A stretch of DNA of 64,000 nucleotides, taken from positions 5,828,001-5,892,000 of the forward strand of contig CM120649.1 of assembly GCA_051362555.1 (NCBI GenBank). The letters run 5' to 3'. Positions 1-12,534 of this stretch are shown here, piece by piece. The notes beneath the pieces were generated by a model. That model made no database searches, had not been told where the DNA came from, and worked only from the letters and a program-made list of their open reading frames with translations. Position 1 is the stretch's first letter; every line of letters starts with the position of its first letter. Both the position numbers and the translations under genes were made by a program. This stretch comes from Lingula anatina (lineage: Eukaryota > Animalia > Brachiopoda).

Positions 1-2005
1 AACATTACATAATGTTTAATAGCATAATGACAATCAAATGTTATTAATAAAATATTAGTAACATAGACATTCAGAAAATGTGACAAGCAAAAGTCTTCAG
101 TATCATGGAACTTTAAAGTCACACCTTGAAAATGCCAATATGTGAAAAATTAAATTTTCACAAAAAACTGTTTAACTGCCAAAAAAAAAAAAAAAAAAAA
201 AAAATACCAAACAGACCGCATTGCCTACTGAAGCTGTATTTTAGTCCCATGTTTCTATCCTGTAAGTTTGAGAACAGTAAGTGACATGATTTTCCTTAAA
301 TGGTCATCATGGAAGCAGTGCCCGAAATGGGGGTTTCTTCAAATTTTGATGCAATATTACATAATGTTTAACAGCTTAATGACCATCAATTTTTAATTAT
401 AAAATATTTGTATCACAGATATTCAGAAAATGTGACTAGCAAAGGTCTTCAGGCCCATGGAACTTCAAAGTCACGCCTTGATAATGCCAAAATGTAAACA
501 AGACAGCACTGTTCTGAAATGGGTTTATTTCCATTTTTAACACTTTTTTAACATAAAACAAAATAAACATTTTACTGCCATTTTTATATGTCCAACTAAG
601 AAAATTGATGAGATGGGAAAAGTATCAATAGAACAGTGTTAAATGTCCAATTTCCTCCATTCTGAGTTTCTGAACATAGTGGATGATTGAATCTGACAAA
701 CTGCAATGATATGAGTTTATTTCCATTTTTGACACTTTATTACACAATACATGATAACAAGTTTACCATGTTTTTTACATAATCAACTAACAATGTTGTA
801 AAGATGCAGGAAATATCAAACAAACACTTTTAGGCATCTTATTAGTTAAATAATGAGACTGTTAACATGCCTAATAATTGAATCTGAGGAAATGTGAAAA
901 AACAGTATAACTTCTTAAGTAATGGCCCGATTATGCTTATTTTCGAACTCAACCTGCGTTTTAGTAAGATTGACCACTCCTGTGAGTATAATTACAATTG
1001 GCCAATCCGTTTTTCTTATATTGTGTTATCAGTGTTGCATTTATATTGAAAATAGTGAAAAAAACAGCATAAATTACCTAAAAGTGACCCGATCATGCTG
1101 ATTTTCGAACTTGACCTGCGTATTATGAATATTCATCAGTTCTGTAAGTTTCAAGTCAAAAGGTAAAATGGTTTTCCACTTATCGTGTTATCGGTGCTGC
1201 ATATATGCTGAAAAAAGTGAAAAAACAGCATAAATTCCCTAAAAGTGACCCGATCATGCTGATTTTCGAACTTGACCTGCGTATTATGAATTTTCATCAG
1301 TTCTGTAAGTTTCAAGTCAAAAGGTAAAATGGTTTTCCACTTATCGTGTTATCGGTGCTGCATATATGCTGAAAAAAGTGAAAAAACAGCATAAATTCCC
1401 TAAAAGTGACCCGATCATGCTGATTTTCGAACTTGACCTGCGTATTATGAATATTCATCAGTTCTGCAAGTTTCAAGTCAAAAGGTAAAATGGTTTTCCA
1501 CTTATCGTGTTATCGGTAAAAGTGCACGGCGACGGCGACGACGGCGACGACGGCGACAGCGACGACGGCGACGACAGACGCAGATGATGGCTATATGTAC
1601 AGACACATCTGTGTCTGTACATAAAAACAGCATAAATTCCCTAAAAGTGACCCGATCATGCTGATTTTCGAACTTGACCTGCGTATTATGAATATTCATC
1701 AGTTCTGTAAGTTTCAAGTCAAAAGGTAAAATGGTTTTCCACTTATCGTGTTATCGGTACTGCATATATGCTGAAAAAAGTGAAAAAACAGCATAAATTC
1801 CCTAATAGTGACCCGATCATGCTGATTTTGAACTTGACCTGCCTATTATGAATATTCATCAGTTCTGCAAGTTTCAAGTCAAAAGGTAAAATGGTTTTGC
1901 ACTTATCGTGTTATCGGTAAAAGTGCACGGCGACGACGGCGACGACGGCGACGACAGACGCAGATGATGGCTATATGTACAGACACATCTGTGTCTGTAC
2001 ATAAA
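1..2005 (-). mobile_element. Non-autonomous Helentron/HINE-type element with tandem arrays (runs off the left edge)
   Basis: Terminal hairpin TATGTACAGACACA-TC-TGTGTCTGTACATA (1974-2003 and 1594-1623), CGA/CGG microsatellite, ~140-bp core repeats (about 900-1915), ~340-bp repeats (1-500); ends in a T-run. Confidence 0.8.
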
Positions 2006-3112
2006 TTTAAAAACTTGCTTCAATCAAAAGGCATTATTATGATAGCTTTCTGTAAGATACAAATTTTTCCACGAAAAGCCTAATAAACTGAGTTGGGTTA
2101 TCAGCAATGCAAGGTCCTGCCAGTTTAAGTGACATTATTTCTGGTCTGGTGGCAAATGCATTTACTTAGATGTTACTTTAATGCCCAATAGCCAAGTCTC
2201 AATCCATCAGTAGGTTTCTGGGTTACTGTTCAGATTTACAGAAAATATCAAGTTCAAGCTTTGTAACAACATAACCACTCTCTAAATGCAAGATCTACCA
2301 AAGTGCCCAAAATCCATTCTTCACATTCTTCGTGTGTAACACCCCCGGTTGCTGTATAACAGTCCAAAGCAAGCCAGCAGACAGTGGCTCCATAACCAAA
2401 CCTCTCTTTAACATACCAAGCCCTTTAAGCACCAAAGTGGACTTAAAAATACAAAAGGGATGATGTATGAACTCACACGATCAAAACGGATTATGTAACC
2501 ATCACATAAATTGAAAAAGATGGTCGAGAAAAATAAAAGCTGTAACTTTGACTGCATAGAAATGACATTTATAAAAGCAGATCAGTGTTGCCATGCCCAA
2601 GTTGTGCTTGTGTCCAGCATTATCAGTTTTCTGGATAACAAAGCCAAGGGGTTGTAAGGTTCTGTAAGTGATGAGCACAATATGATGACATCATACAAAA
2701 GTACACAATAAGTGGTGACTTAACACAAATGAGCACATCTAAACTTGTCATTCACAAAGAATTTCAGTTGGTGACATTACCACCAATATCATAGTATTTC
2801 ACATCATGATTGTAAACATCCACTACTGATGTCATACAAATGAGCTCAACAACTGATGATGTCATCAACATGGCCACAAAAACTGATGATGTCACCTACT
2901 GGTACATGCAAAACATGAAATGCTTATGTCAAGCACAAAATTCCATGATGTTACCCTTCAGCACACTGAAAGATGATGTCAAAGCATCCTAACAACCGAT
3001 AACAAAGGGGACATTCTGAAAGTTTGGGTTACAGTATGCACCAAGAAGGTATAAGTCAGTAAGGTTTGAAAAGCAATTCAAAAATAGAAATAACCTGTTC
3101 GCTGATACATAC

Positions 3113-3139
3113 GGAGACTTTGGTGGTTCATCCCCTTCA
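3113..3139 (-). CDS. SLC9A: Probable NHE C-tail micro-exon (27 nt) EGDEPPKSP
   Basis: TAG/GTATGT, phase 2 to 2, open frame; no family motif to confirm it. Confidence 0.6.
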
Positions 3140-3894
3140 CTACAGGCAACAAAAGGAATTATTTATGAATTATGCCAATAATCAGTTATGTTTACAAATG
3201 ATTTATGCTACAAAAATTAGATGATAAAGGAGCAAGCTTCTTTTTTTTTTAAGAAGAAGTTTTGAGTTTATATTTCTTCCTGTAAGAAACTTGGTAAGTG
3301 GTGATTTACCTTTAATTGATATAAACTGCTAAGAAAGCATCTTGAATGTATAATTTAAATTTTAACTACTAGTAGGTAATAGCATAATAGGGCATTAATC
3401 TCGTCTCCCGTGTCGAGGCAAAAAAAAGCAAAAATACATGATATTTTATCAACCCTGCAATCTGTCTAATTAAGATCATCTCCCCACAACCTAATCTAAT
3501 CCTTCCTTTTATCCACCACTGTTACTGTAATTACACAAGCCCTAGCAGCATGCTATAGATTAGCTTCCCATGATGAACTTTTCATGGTAAATTGTCCTCC
3601 TGACCCCCAGGACTGTATCAAGTTGGGTTGGACTTACTTAACTGGAAACATTACTTCCAACATGATGACTATAAACCACAAACACTGCAATACTCAGAAC
3701 TTGCCTTAAATACTATTGTTGATTTGATTAACATTAAAAACTTTAACAACTGTTGCTATACAGTTAAGATTTTTTCCCATATCCACACAACACAAAATTC
3801 TCAGTTCCACGCATGTGAAAACACTTTCTAACAGAACAATGGCAAACATGTACTAAATTTATAAATCTATCTAAAGCGGTGAAATAAAACTTAC

Positions 3895-3969
3895 AATTCT
3901 GGGGCAATATCGATGCTGCTTGCCCATCTCTTGGCTGCCTCTGTTCCTGCAACGTTCTCATAGTGCTGC
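3895..3969 (-). CDS. SLC9A: NHE C-tail exon QHYENVAGTEAAKRWASSIDIAPE
   Basis: AAG/GTAAGT, 75 nt, phase 2 to 2, open frame. Confidence 0.8.
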
Positions 3970-4055
3970 CTTGAAAGAGAAAACACAGAGATCTGTTGTC
4001 AAAACTTGAGCTGTTCAATACAGCCTGGTGACTTTATTACTTACATCTTATCTAA

Positions 4056-4195
4056 GACCCCATTCCCACACCTAGATCGATCTAGCAGAATCTTCCCGTT
4101 GCAGAGGGGTTTCTTGCTAAAATGCACTCAGCTTAGGTAGCTCTGATGTCTGGCATGCCTACTGAAGCTGTTAGGGGGTAATTAGTTATTGTTTA
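4056..4195. mobile_element. Partial MITE family A-related copy
   Basis: GACCCCATTCCCACACCTAGATCGATCTAG start. Confidence 0.6.
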
Positions 4196-4376
4196 CTTAA
4201 ATGTAGGAAAAACTCATTTTGGTATCTGGATTATCATAAACCCCTACAGTACTTTTAAGGTATATTTCATAGTTATCTTTTTATATGCTCCTTTCATAAT
4301 CATCTATATTAATAAAATACCCCATCTTAGAGTTTTTAATTTCATTATAATGTATAAAGCTAGTAAAATTTCATAC

Positions 4377-4483
4377 CTTAGAGCTATTTCCTGGAACAAT
4401 TCCATGATTTGTTCATCATGTCTCTGGGGATTGTTCTGAAGCCACTTCTTTAAGTACTGCAAGTCCAATCTATTGACACTTTC
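4377..4483 (-). CDS. SLC9A: NHE C-tail exon ESVNRLDLQYLKKWLQ...IMELFQEIALR
   Basis: AG/GT, phase 0 to 2; resembles the NHE 'xxxYLKxxL' tail segment. Confidence 0.9.
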
Positions 4484-4860
4484 CTGAGAAAAGCGAAATA
4501 CAATTTCCCTTATACAAACAAAGATCCAAGAATAGAATATTAATGAAGATCCAAAGATCCATGAATAGAATACTGATGAAATAAAACCTTTCCCTGTTTT
4601 CATATTTCCCCACTGAAGATGAACTGCTCCTAAAATGTGCTTCAAATTAGGCATTAGATTTAAAGCTACAGCAATTAAGTGAATAACCTGTTTGAATAAT
4701 AAATGACAATGGGTAAATGTGGAATGGTTTATGTCACTGAAACAGAATAAAAGGTTAAGCAGTAAATTGTGCTGAAATGTGATAGGCGAGATGCATGGAC
4801 AACTAAATGTGTTGGATGCGACAGCAAAATGTGACAGAATGTGTTAGGTGTGATACTTAC

Positions 4861-4926
4861 CCTCAACCAGTGATCACCATGAGTTCCCATGATCTCCTCA
4901 ATACCAGCTAGGACATGGTCTGTCAC
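4861..4926 (-). CDS. SLC9A: NHE exon VTDHVLAGIEEIMGTHGDHWLR (CHP-binding region)
   Basis: 'DHxLAGIE' motif of plasma-membrane NHEs. Confidence 0.95.
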
Positions 4927-5402
4927 CTGGAGTGATACAATTGTTTCATACCCATGACGTCACCATAGTTAAGGTAAGAGAGTGACAATACCCAAAATTT
5001 TATCTCTTCCATATAACGCTGGCTTTACATAAGCGGTCTTACCCCCCCCCCCCCAGGAGAGGGTGCTAGTCTTGCCATTATATCCAACCTCTGACTATAA
5101 AATCTTTATCTCAAATATAACTTATTAATTTTCTACTTATTCTGCTACTATATCAGGATACTTACATTACAGATATGAAGCAGTAGTCAATATTTGCTAC
5201 AACATGCTTAAGTTTACAGTATGGTTTACAGAGCAGAAAAAGTATTCTTCTTACATTTTACTTATTAAAAGAAGTAAGGGAGAACTGTTCTATCCCTTTA
5301 CTTTAATTTTGTCTTTTACAGGAGAAAGAGAGAGTGAGAGGGAGAGAGAGAGGGAGAAAGAGAGAAAGAGAGGAGGGTTAATTTTGGAGACAATAAACTT
5401 AC

Positions 5403-5492
5403 ATGGTAATTAATCTCTTCACTCATGCTCACAACCTTATTTTTCTTCTTTTTGATCTGTAACAATTTCACCAGTGGCTTGATGGTACCACC
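5403..5492 (-). CDS. SLC9A: NHE exon GGTIKPLVKLLQIKKKKNKVVSMSEEINYH
   Basis: 'TIKPLV' motif followed by a basic juxtamembrane cluster. Confidence 0.95.
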
Positions 5493-5811
5493 CTGCAAAA
5501 TAAACAATTTGATTTTTAATATTCATCTCATTCCAATAATTAAATGCAATACATATTTTTATAAGCATATGAAAATGATTACATTTTTAAAAAAATTTAT
5601 TACTAGACTTGTTTGTCAATAGAGAACATAACAACATCATATGGAAAGGTGCTCCAATGGTGTTTGGGAGATCAAAAACCTTCATAAAAGTATGTCAAGT
5701 GCCCAAAACTATTTATTTATAATTTGTGTGGGAGAAGAGGGGCAGGAAATGGATGGTTTCAGATATGCCATTTTAATATACTAGTACCGTAGTACGTGTA
5801 GCTTCTCGTAC

Positions 5812-5940
5812 CTGTATAAATACTGTAAATATGATAACAACCAGTGTAGTAGTCAGGAAAGCTCTGAACCGGGGCACATCATTCTCATTCAACATGGCCA
5901 CCAAAGAAAAGCACACGGCTCCTCTAAGTCCGCCATATGC
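5812..5940 (-). CDS. SLC9A: NHE exon AYGGLRGAVCFSL...FTVFIQ
   Basis: GGLRGA signature; 129 nt. Confidence 0.97.
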
Positions 5941-6129
5941 CTGAAAGTTGACATATTTTGTAACATAAATCCTCTCATCAATAACTCTGATCAGTGATAT
6001 TGTGAAACTCTTCAGTTTCACTGAATGTAATTATTAGAAAGTTGGCATGTACTCAGATATATTAATATACTGAAATCAAAAACAGAATTTGATTGACAGT
6101 TCATGTCAAAGTATCATACTCTGTCTTAC

Positions 6130-6206
6130 CATGATGAACTGTTCTTCAAGCTCAATCTTCCTGAGCCTGTACAGCTTATTAGCAATCAATGTCAGACCAA
6201 ATACAC
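6130..6206 (-). CDS. SLC9A: NHE exon VFGLTLIANKLYRLRKIELEEQFIM
   Basis: 'EQFIM' precedes AYGGLRGA; phase 1 to 0. Confidence 0.94.
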
Positions 6207-6645
6207 CTGTAACATAGAGCAGACAATTATAGCATATGCCTTTAATTATTCACACACCCCACCCCCTCCCCACTTGCCCCGGCTTGGACTTGTAGGCCTC
6301 AGCAACCTATTTACATGGTCGAAAATATCAATTAGCTCAGTGCTTTAAGTACTGTTTAAATGTATTCTTACATGTTAGACTCTGGCACAACCATCACAAT
6401 CTACCTGGCACAACTAATGCAATGTTTAGAACATCTAACACAATGTCTGGTATCTCTAACGCAATGTCCATACAAAATGATCACTTACTTATTTATATAA
6501 TCTGATTTAATACTAAACAAAGGAATAGACTCCAGAGAGTGATCCCTGCTGTGTGCTGGCATGGTCTGGTCATGGAGAATGTGGCACAACCGTCACAATC
6601 TCTCTGGCACAACTGACACAATACCTACTCCAACTCCATACTTAC

Positions 6646-6767
6646 TCATAAACCTGATCACTAAACAAAGGAACAGTGTCCAGAGAGTGAACCCAGTATG
6701 CCAGTCATGATCTGGTCTGACCAGTGTTAAACCCAAGAACATGAAGATCATACAATCACTGGCAGTA
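6646..6767 (-). CDS. SLC9A: NHE exon TASDCMIFMFLGLTLV...WTLFLCLVIRFM
   Basis: 'IFMFLG' motif; AG/GT. Confidence 0.95.
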
Positions 6768-7041
6768 CTGGAATAGTGATTAAATATATATATATATATC
6801 ACAAGTATTAAGACCTGTATAAAGTACACCCTGAGTTTCAGAGTTTCTGGAAACTTGCCTCTAATATCAGCATGGCTTTCCTGGTTCCAGTTATTGGAGG
6901 CAACAGATGGGAATGTTGAGGTAAGTTTTCAAAAACATCTGAATATCAGTTGGTGATAAATTCTTGTATGGCATATATATATACATGACGTAGCACATAA
7001 CCAATTTTTTTTTTCACATTTTTTTACTGACATACCATACC

Positions 7042-7208
7042 CAGGGGCCGATTTAGGCCGTCTTCTGGGTCTTCCGGAAGATGGTCAGATTTTCAAGTTT
7101 ACATTGACGGGTATCTAATTTTTTTATGTCGGAAGACGGTCAAAAATGGAGGATGGATCAATAAAGATAACTTGGAAGACTCTCAGAACATCTCTGGATC
7201 CGCCCCTG
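7042..7208. mobile_element. hAT5-like MITE (related partial copy at about 23700-23832)
   Basis: CAGGGGC...GCCCCTG ends; 5-bp TSD ATACC. Confidence 0.7.
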
Positions 7209-7281
7209 ATACCCCCCCCCCCCCTGCATAACTCATAAAAGCACATACATGTATTACCTTCTATCCCACCTTGCGTCTTAC

Positions 7282-7377
7282 CTTAACATTTTGCTGAAGT
7301 AGGTGACGGTGGTGAGAGACTTGTGGGAGATGTTATTGAAGGCGTAGTGGGCCTGCATCAGGCCGCAGCAGCAAATA
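7282..7377 (-). CDS. SLC9A: NHE exon ICCCGLMQAHYAFNNISHKSLTTVTYFSKML
   Basis: 'NISxKSxTT' motif; AG/GT. Confidence 0.95.
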
Positions 7378-7533
7378 CTGAAATGGATAGAGTAATGGAA
7401 AACTGTTGGTATTGCCACTGACAGTTTGTCACAAGTCACGGAATATTCATTATTTGTTGACAAAATGGTGTGGTCTACCAAGACACAAGTCTGGGTTTTA
7501 AAAAAGCTTCGTCTTTATCATGGAGCCAAAGAC

Positions 7534-7773
7534 TTATGGTAATTACTCAATCTTTTCAATGGGCAAAAATGATCATACTTTCAGATACATAATTTTAAAA
7601 TCACAAAAATCATATTCCTATATTACATTTGTGTTGCTTTGCTGAATAGAAGAAAAGAGTATCTTGCATTTTAATTTTGTTGCTACCACTCAAAAGATAT
7701 ATGTTCTAATTTTAAGAAATTATCTGTAAAATTCACAGTTTTCCCCCACTGAAAAGATCGAGCCATTACCATA
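7534..7773. mobile_element. TA-flanked MITE family C (copies at about 14411-14660 and 22206-22464)
   Basis: TAYGGTAATTACT.GATCTTTTCA ... TGAAAAGATC.AGTAATTACC ends; shared interior. Confidence 0.65.
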
Positions 7774-8602
7774 GTCATTAAGATTTCTAGGAACTGCCTT
7801 AGGCCCTATCTACACGCCTCATAAGTAATTAATATATTCAATATGACATCTATCATAAATATAAGTGTGCTTGTTTGGTGTATGATTTATTTAACAAATA
7901 GTACCATACACAGTGAGAGGCAGATGGCACCAGCTTGCAACTGTATGTTAGCAATAGCAAGACTGGGTCATTTGTTCTTAGAACCAGCAGTAATAAAATT
8001 GCTGTTACCGTAGCTCTAAATATGTACTTAGCTTCCACAAACTACATTTTCCAACATTGCTTTCATCAAAACCTTATCATCAGCACAAACCACTTTCTAA
8101 ATGCTCAGATAATAATTGCATCAGACTTAATGTAGACATTGCATGACTGTAAAACATACTGTGTGTAAAATGTGCTTCTCTTTGTATAATTTTGGATTAA
8201 ATTCCTTCATTTTGGAGATTCTTTTTTAACTTTTCATTTCTGACAGTTACATTATCGAATTCCTAAAGAGGTGATTGCATGTTTTGACAACAATAATGAC
8301 ATCACTCAGTGAAAAAGATGTTTAGCCCATTTTTTCAAATAGCACCAAGCAACATATACTGAAATCTACTGAGTCATTGTGACCCAGTTAAAGAAAGAAA
8401 TAAATCATAAAATTACTTATCACCTCTCAAAATAGTAAATATCATAACGCTCATATTATTTTTGAATTATTTTATGTAGCGCCATTTTCTAATTCTCTCA
8501 AACTGAAAACGTAGCAAAATATGTTTTTCATTCTTGTTTATAACCACTGTTTAATGTGTATGTCAGTTCTCAATAATCTCCAATACTTAGGGTCAAACTT
8601 AC

Positions 8603-8684
8603 CCAATAATTCCTGAGAAATGGAACAGTTCTGCAGACAGATAGGACAGGTATGCCAGCAGTAGTATGGTCAGTGGTTCCACCA
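8603..8684 (-). CDS. SLC9A: NHE exon VVEPLTILLLAYLSYLSAELFHFSGII
   Basis: 'AELFHFSGI' motif; AG/GT. Confidence 0.95.
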
Positions 8685-8749
8685 CTGGAATTATCATTGG
8701 AATACTGTGTATTCAGTGTTAATGCATGTGATATATGGCAGGTAGCAAT

Positions 8750-9140
8750 ATAGTGTGTTAGATGTGAACAGAATGTGTTGAGTGTGAATATAATGTGTTA
8801 GATGTGAACAGAATGTGTTGAGTGTGAATATAATGTGTTAGGTGTGAACAGAATGTGTTGAGTGTGAATATAATGTGTTAGGTGTGACAAAATGTGTTGA
8901 GTGTGAATATAATGTGTTAGGTGTGACAAAATGTGTTTAGGGTGAATATAATGTGTTAGGTGTGACAAAATGTGTTGAGTGTGAATATAATGTGTTAGGT
9001 GTGACAAAATGTGTTTAGGGTGAATATAATGAGTATGGTGTGAGTAGAATGTGTTAAGTGTGAATATGCGACAGGTATGAACAGACAACGTGTTAGTTGT
9101 CAATATGAAGTGTAAAGTGTGAACAGAATGTTTAGATGCA
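8750..9140. repeat. ~40-bp (2 x ~20) minisatellite AATGTGTTAGGTGTGA
   Basis: Direct tandem units visible. Confidence 0.9.
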
Positions 9141-9188
9141 GTTAGTGAATATAATCTGAAAAGTTTTATTTCATTTCACAAATCTTAC

Positions 9189-9300
9189 CCCTAACATGTT
9201 CTGTATATTTAGTAATAACAGAGCTCAGTGCCCCAAACAAGATTCCCAAAACAGCACCGCCAAGACTCACAACAAAGAAGGCTGCCACAGCCAGAAATAC
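9189..9300 (-). CDS. SLC9A: NHE exon VFLAVAAFFVVSLGGAVLGILFGALSSVITKYTEHVR
   Basis: FFVVSLGG motif; AG/GT. Confidence 0.95.
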
Positions 9301-9737
9301 CTGAAAAGACAAGAGACATTCTGGTCTATATATGGTTGAATTTCTACATCAGACACTGTAGTAAAAATTAATATACTAGAAATTATCTGTATATCAAAAT
9401 GCATTGCCATAAAACTAATGACAAGTAAATTTGAATTAGTAAGAAAAAAAAAAAAAACATCAAACATAATAAAACAACTACTTTGTCCATTTATCCATAT
9501 ACTGCCACAGCTAAGACAAATGATAAATTTAAGGCACACTAATATTTTGATAACAGCAAATTCAACAAAATTGGTTCACCAAACTTATTTTAACAGTGAC
9601 ACCTTACACAAATTCACAGGCACACCAAATGCAATTTCACAGGCACATATACCACAATTGAACAGGAAGCAAAAGCACATATTACCAAACACATTTAAAA
9701 TCGTTATTATCTTAATGCTGCTTCACATAGTTATTAC

Positions 9738-9814
9738 CTGCCCCACATTTATATCTTCTGGAGGCATTGCATTAAAGGCTTTCATTGTATTATACAATAC
9801 CACAGTGACAGCAT
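9738..9814 (-). CDS. SLC9A: NHE exon DAVTVVLYNTMKAFNAMPPEDINVGQ
   Basis: 'DAVTVVLY' motif; phase 1 to 0. Confidence 0.95.
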
Positions 9815-10247
9815 CTGGAAGTGTGATTACTTTAGATAAATACTAAAATAATACATTTGGCTAAGATCTTTACTGTCTTTTGAGAATCACACATTTTATA
9901 GAATGTGATAGCACTGAATATTGCATCAGTGATCTATTTGACAAGCTGTCAAATTTCAAATAATACTTCTGAATCAGTTAAAGGATCAGTTGAACTACAA
10001 ATGTACATTCACATGCATCATTTTATACCTTTCAATTAAGCTTTTTTCATGTGCATACTTTCAATATATTATCATCATCTGAAAAAAGACTTTAACAGTC
10101 CTATACCTCATAAATGATGGCTAAATTTAAACATTTTAAAATGTGTGTTAAGTTAGAATAAGATTGATGATGCATTATTGAAGCTGAACCTTGGTTTTCT
10201 CAAATATTCCTTACTCATAAAAAAACACATCCATCACAAAGACCTAC

Positions 10248-10323
10248 CATTAAAAAGAGATTCACCAAAGACCAAGAAGTACAGTGTCTGGTTCACACCA
10301 ATCTCTTGAAATATAGCCAACAC
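10248..10323 (-). CDS. SLC9A: NHE exon VLAIFQEIGVNQTLYFLVFGESLFN
   Basis: FGESLxND ion-binding motif; AG/GT. Confidence 0.96.
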
Positions 10324-11568
10324 CTGAAAGGAAAAAGACAGTACAGAATTTTTCTTTGTAACCTTCTTAAAATATGCACTTGATTTTGCTTGGAGGGGGG
10401 GGGGGGGGGTAGTTTGGGAACTATAATAAAATCAAAGACTGAGCACTTGTCAAATAGCCAAACAGCACCCCCTCTCTCTTCCTCTCTCTCAAAGTCAGAT
10501 AAAGCTTTAATTTGTAATAGCAGGTATATTACCAACCATGAAATTTAAATTTTAGTCCCTCGCCAAATTTACTAACAATGTAACCAGAGTTGCCAAAAAT
10601 TTAACATTGCTCGTACATAAAATAAAAAATCAATTAGTAAAAGTAACATCAAATACACAAAGTGCTCCACAGGGAATGTTGCTAATTGGAAAGAGACAAT
10701 ACTATCTCCCTTGGGCCAAAAACATTTACCATGATATTGCACAGTCTGTCGTTATTTGATCAATGGATGCAGTCAGAGATACAATCAGTAAAATGGCTTC
10801 ATATATCATCTGGTGTTATTAAACAGGATTACCCATTTTAAACCATCCTATTCAGGTAAGGTTTGGGTAATTTCTAGTCTTTTCTACTTCCAGCCAAAAG
10901 AATAATGTCATCAATACCGTGTCTCATATTGATCAAGGCTATTGGTGATGGTTGAAAGAACTTGGAAGCTGCTTTCATAATTTTTTGTTGACAATGTGAG
11001 CATCAGTTTTTTTTAAAACTTGGAAATATTATCTAGTCTTGTTTAGATATTTTGACAAAAACATATTTATTTATTTATTCTCTGTGTAGATACCAGACAT
11101 TTTAGATAAATGTTTGCACAGAGTGACCACTATAAGGATACTGATTTCAATTCTTTCATATTTGAAATCTTCCCTAATTCTCTTTTTCACAGAGATGCAT
11201 ATATCCAAATGCAAAGATCTATCATAAAATGCATATATTGACCAAAGCTATAATGGACAGAGAGACCTTAAGACAAACACCTGGGTTTTCTGATACACAA
11301 AGAAAAAGGCACACGATGGACAGACAGAACATCGACAAACAGCTGGACAGAAATGAACAGAAATTGAAAAGTCACACATTTTAATCACCTCATTATTCTT
11401 TTCCTTTCTTTTTGGCTCACAAACATACATGTACTTTCATAAATCCAAATTCCCTTGCATAATTGTATTATTTATAATAATCATCATCTTTAGGTACAAA
11501 TAAACAGAGCCCTATTCTTATGGATAACAATCAATTTTGTTATTATTTAGTGACTGCTGTCTACTTAC

Positions 11569-11681
11569 AGCCACTGGATCCACTGCCACTATGAGAGCAC
11601 TAAACAGAAGACACTGGACAAATGTCACTGAGAAGTCGTCCCCCATGGCCCCTACTGACATCAGCCCATACAGGGTTGGAC
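11569..11681 (-). CDS. SLC9A: NHE exon PTLYGLMSVGAMG...LLFSALIVAVDPVA
   Basis: AVDPVA signature; AG/GT. Confidence 0.96.
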
Positions 11682-11788
11682 CTGGAGCAGAATGTGGTAG
11701 ATGAGAATATATTTTTTCTTTTGCAAAAAAAAAATAAATAAATAAATAAACAAATAAAATAAATAAATAAAAATAAAAACAAAAATAA

Positions 11789-11823
<35 letters not shown>

Positions 11824-12506
11824 AATAAAAAAAGATTATTGTGGGTGCAACAGTATTTAGTGTATTGGGCCAGGAGTAAGATGTGTATGATGAGATCACA
11901 AAATGTGTTGAGGAGAACATATTATTGCGAAAGGTGTGATTAGGCATTACAGGTTTTGGACAAGGAGCAGAATGTGTTAGATGAGATGATAAAATCTCTT
12001 GGTAAAAACAGATTATTGTGTTAGGTGAGATATAGTATTAAGTATATTGGACCTGGGGCAATTTGTGCTAGATGGGACGACAAAATTTGTTGGATAAAAC
12101 TACATTATTGTGATAGATGTGATTTAGTATTATAGGTATGAGATGGGATGGCAAAATGTGTTGGATAAGATCACACCCAATTCTGTTTGAAGTCTCCATT
12201 ATGTGAACACCTTAAAATTAGAAGCTTAGAACTCAAAAACAGCTTTATAGATCATAGCTTTGTCAATAGTTTTGGATGTGTTGAACAAAATTATTATTAT
12301 TATCATTATTTTATAATTATTCAAAATATTATTTATCTTTTGTTAAGGTCTAACAAACTTCTCTGTACACTTCTCTCTATACTTGATGTGATAAAGCAAA
12401 CTGTTGCATCTACAATAATCCTATCCACAACACTGCACTATTTATCTTTAGCTTACACTGTGTGGCAACACAATAAATCAAAAGAGCATTAGTGGAATGA
12501 ACTTAC

Positions 12507-12534
12507 CTATTAGAAAGCAATTAATCACTGTGCC
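12507..12534 (-). CDS. SLC9A: NHE micro-exon (28 nt) GTVINCFLIG
   Basis: TAG/GTAAGT, phase 0 to 1; needed to join the flanking exons in frame. Confidence 0.9.

Noticed and set aside
900-1915. Regular repeats resembling a CRISPR array
   Set aside because: Units are near-identical along their whole ~140-bp length with no unique spacers; eukaryotic context and no cas genes.
2478-2540. GTGAGT donor as a further NHE tail exon
   Set aside because: No convincing acceptor or protein similarity.
8798-9103. His-rich repetitive ORF
   Set aside because: Intronic minisatellite.
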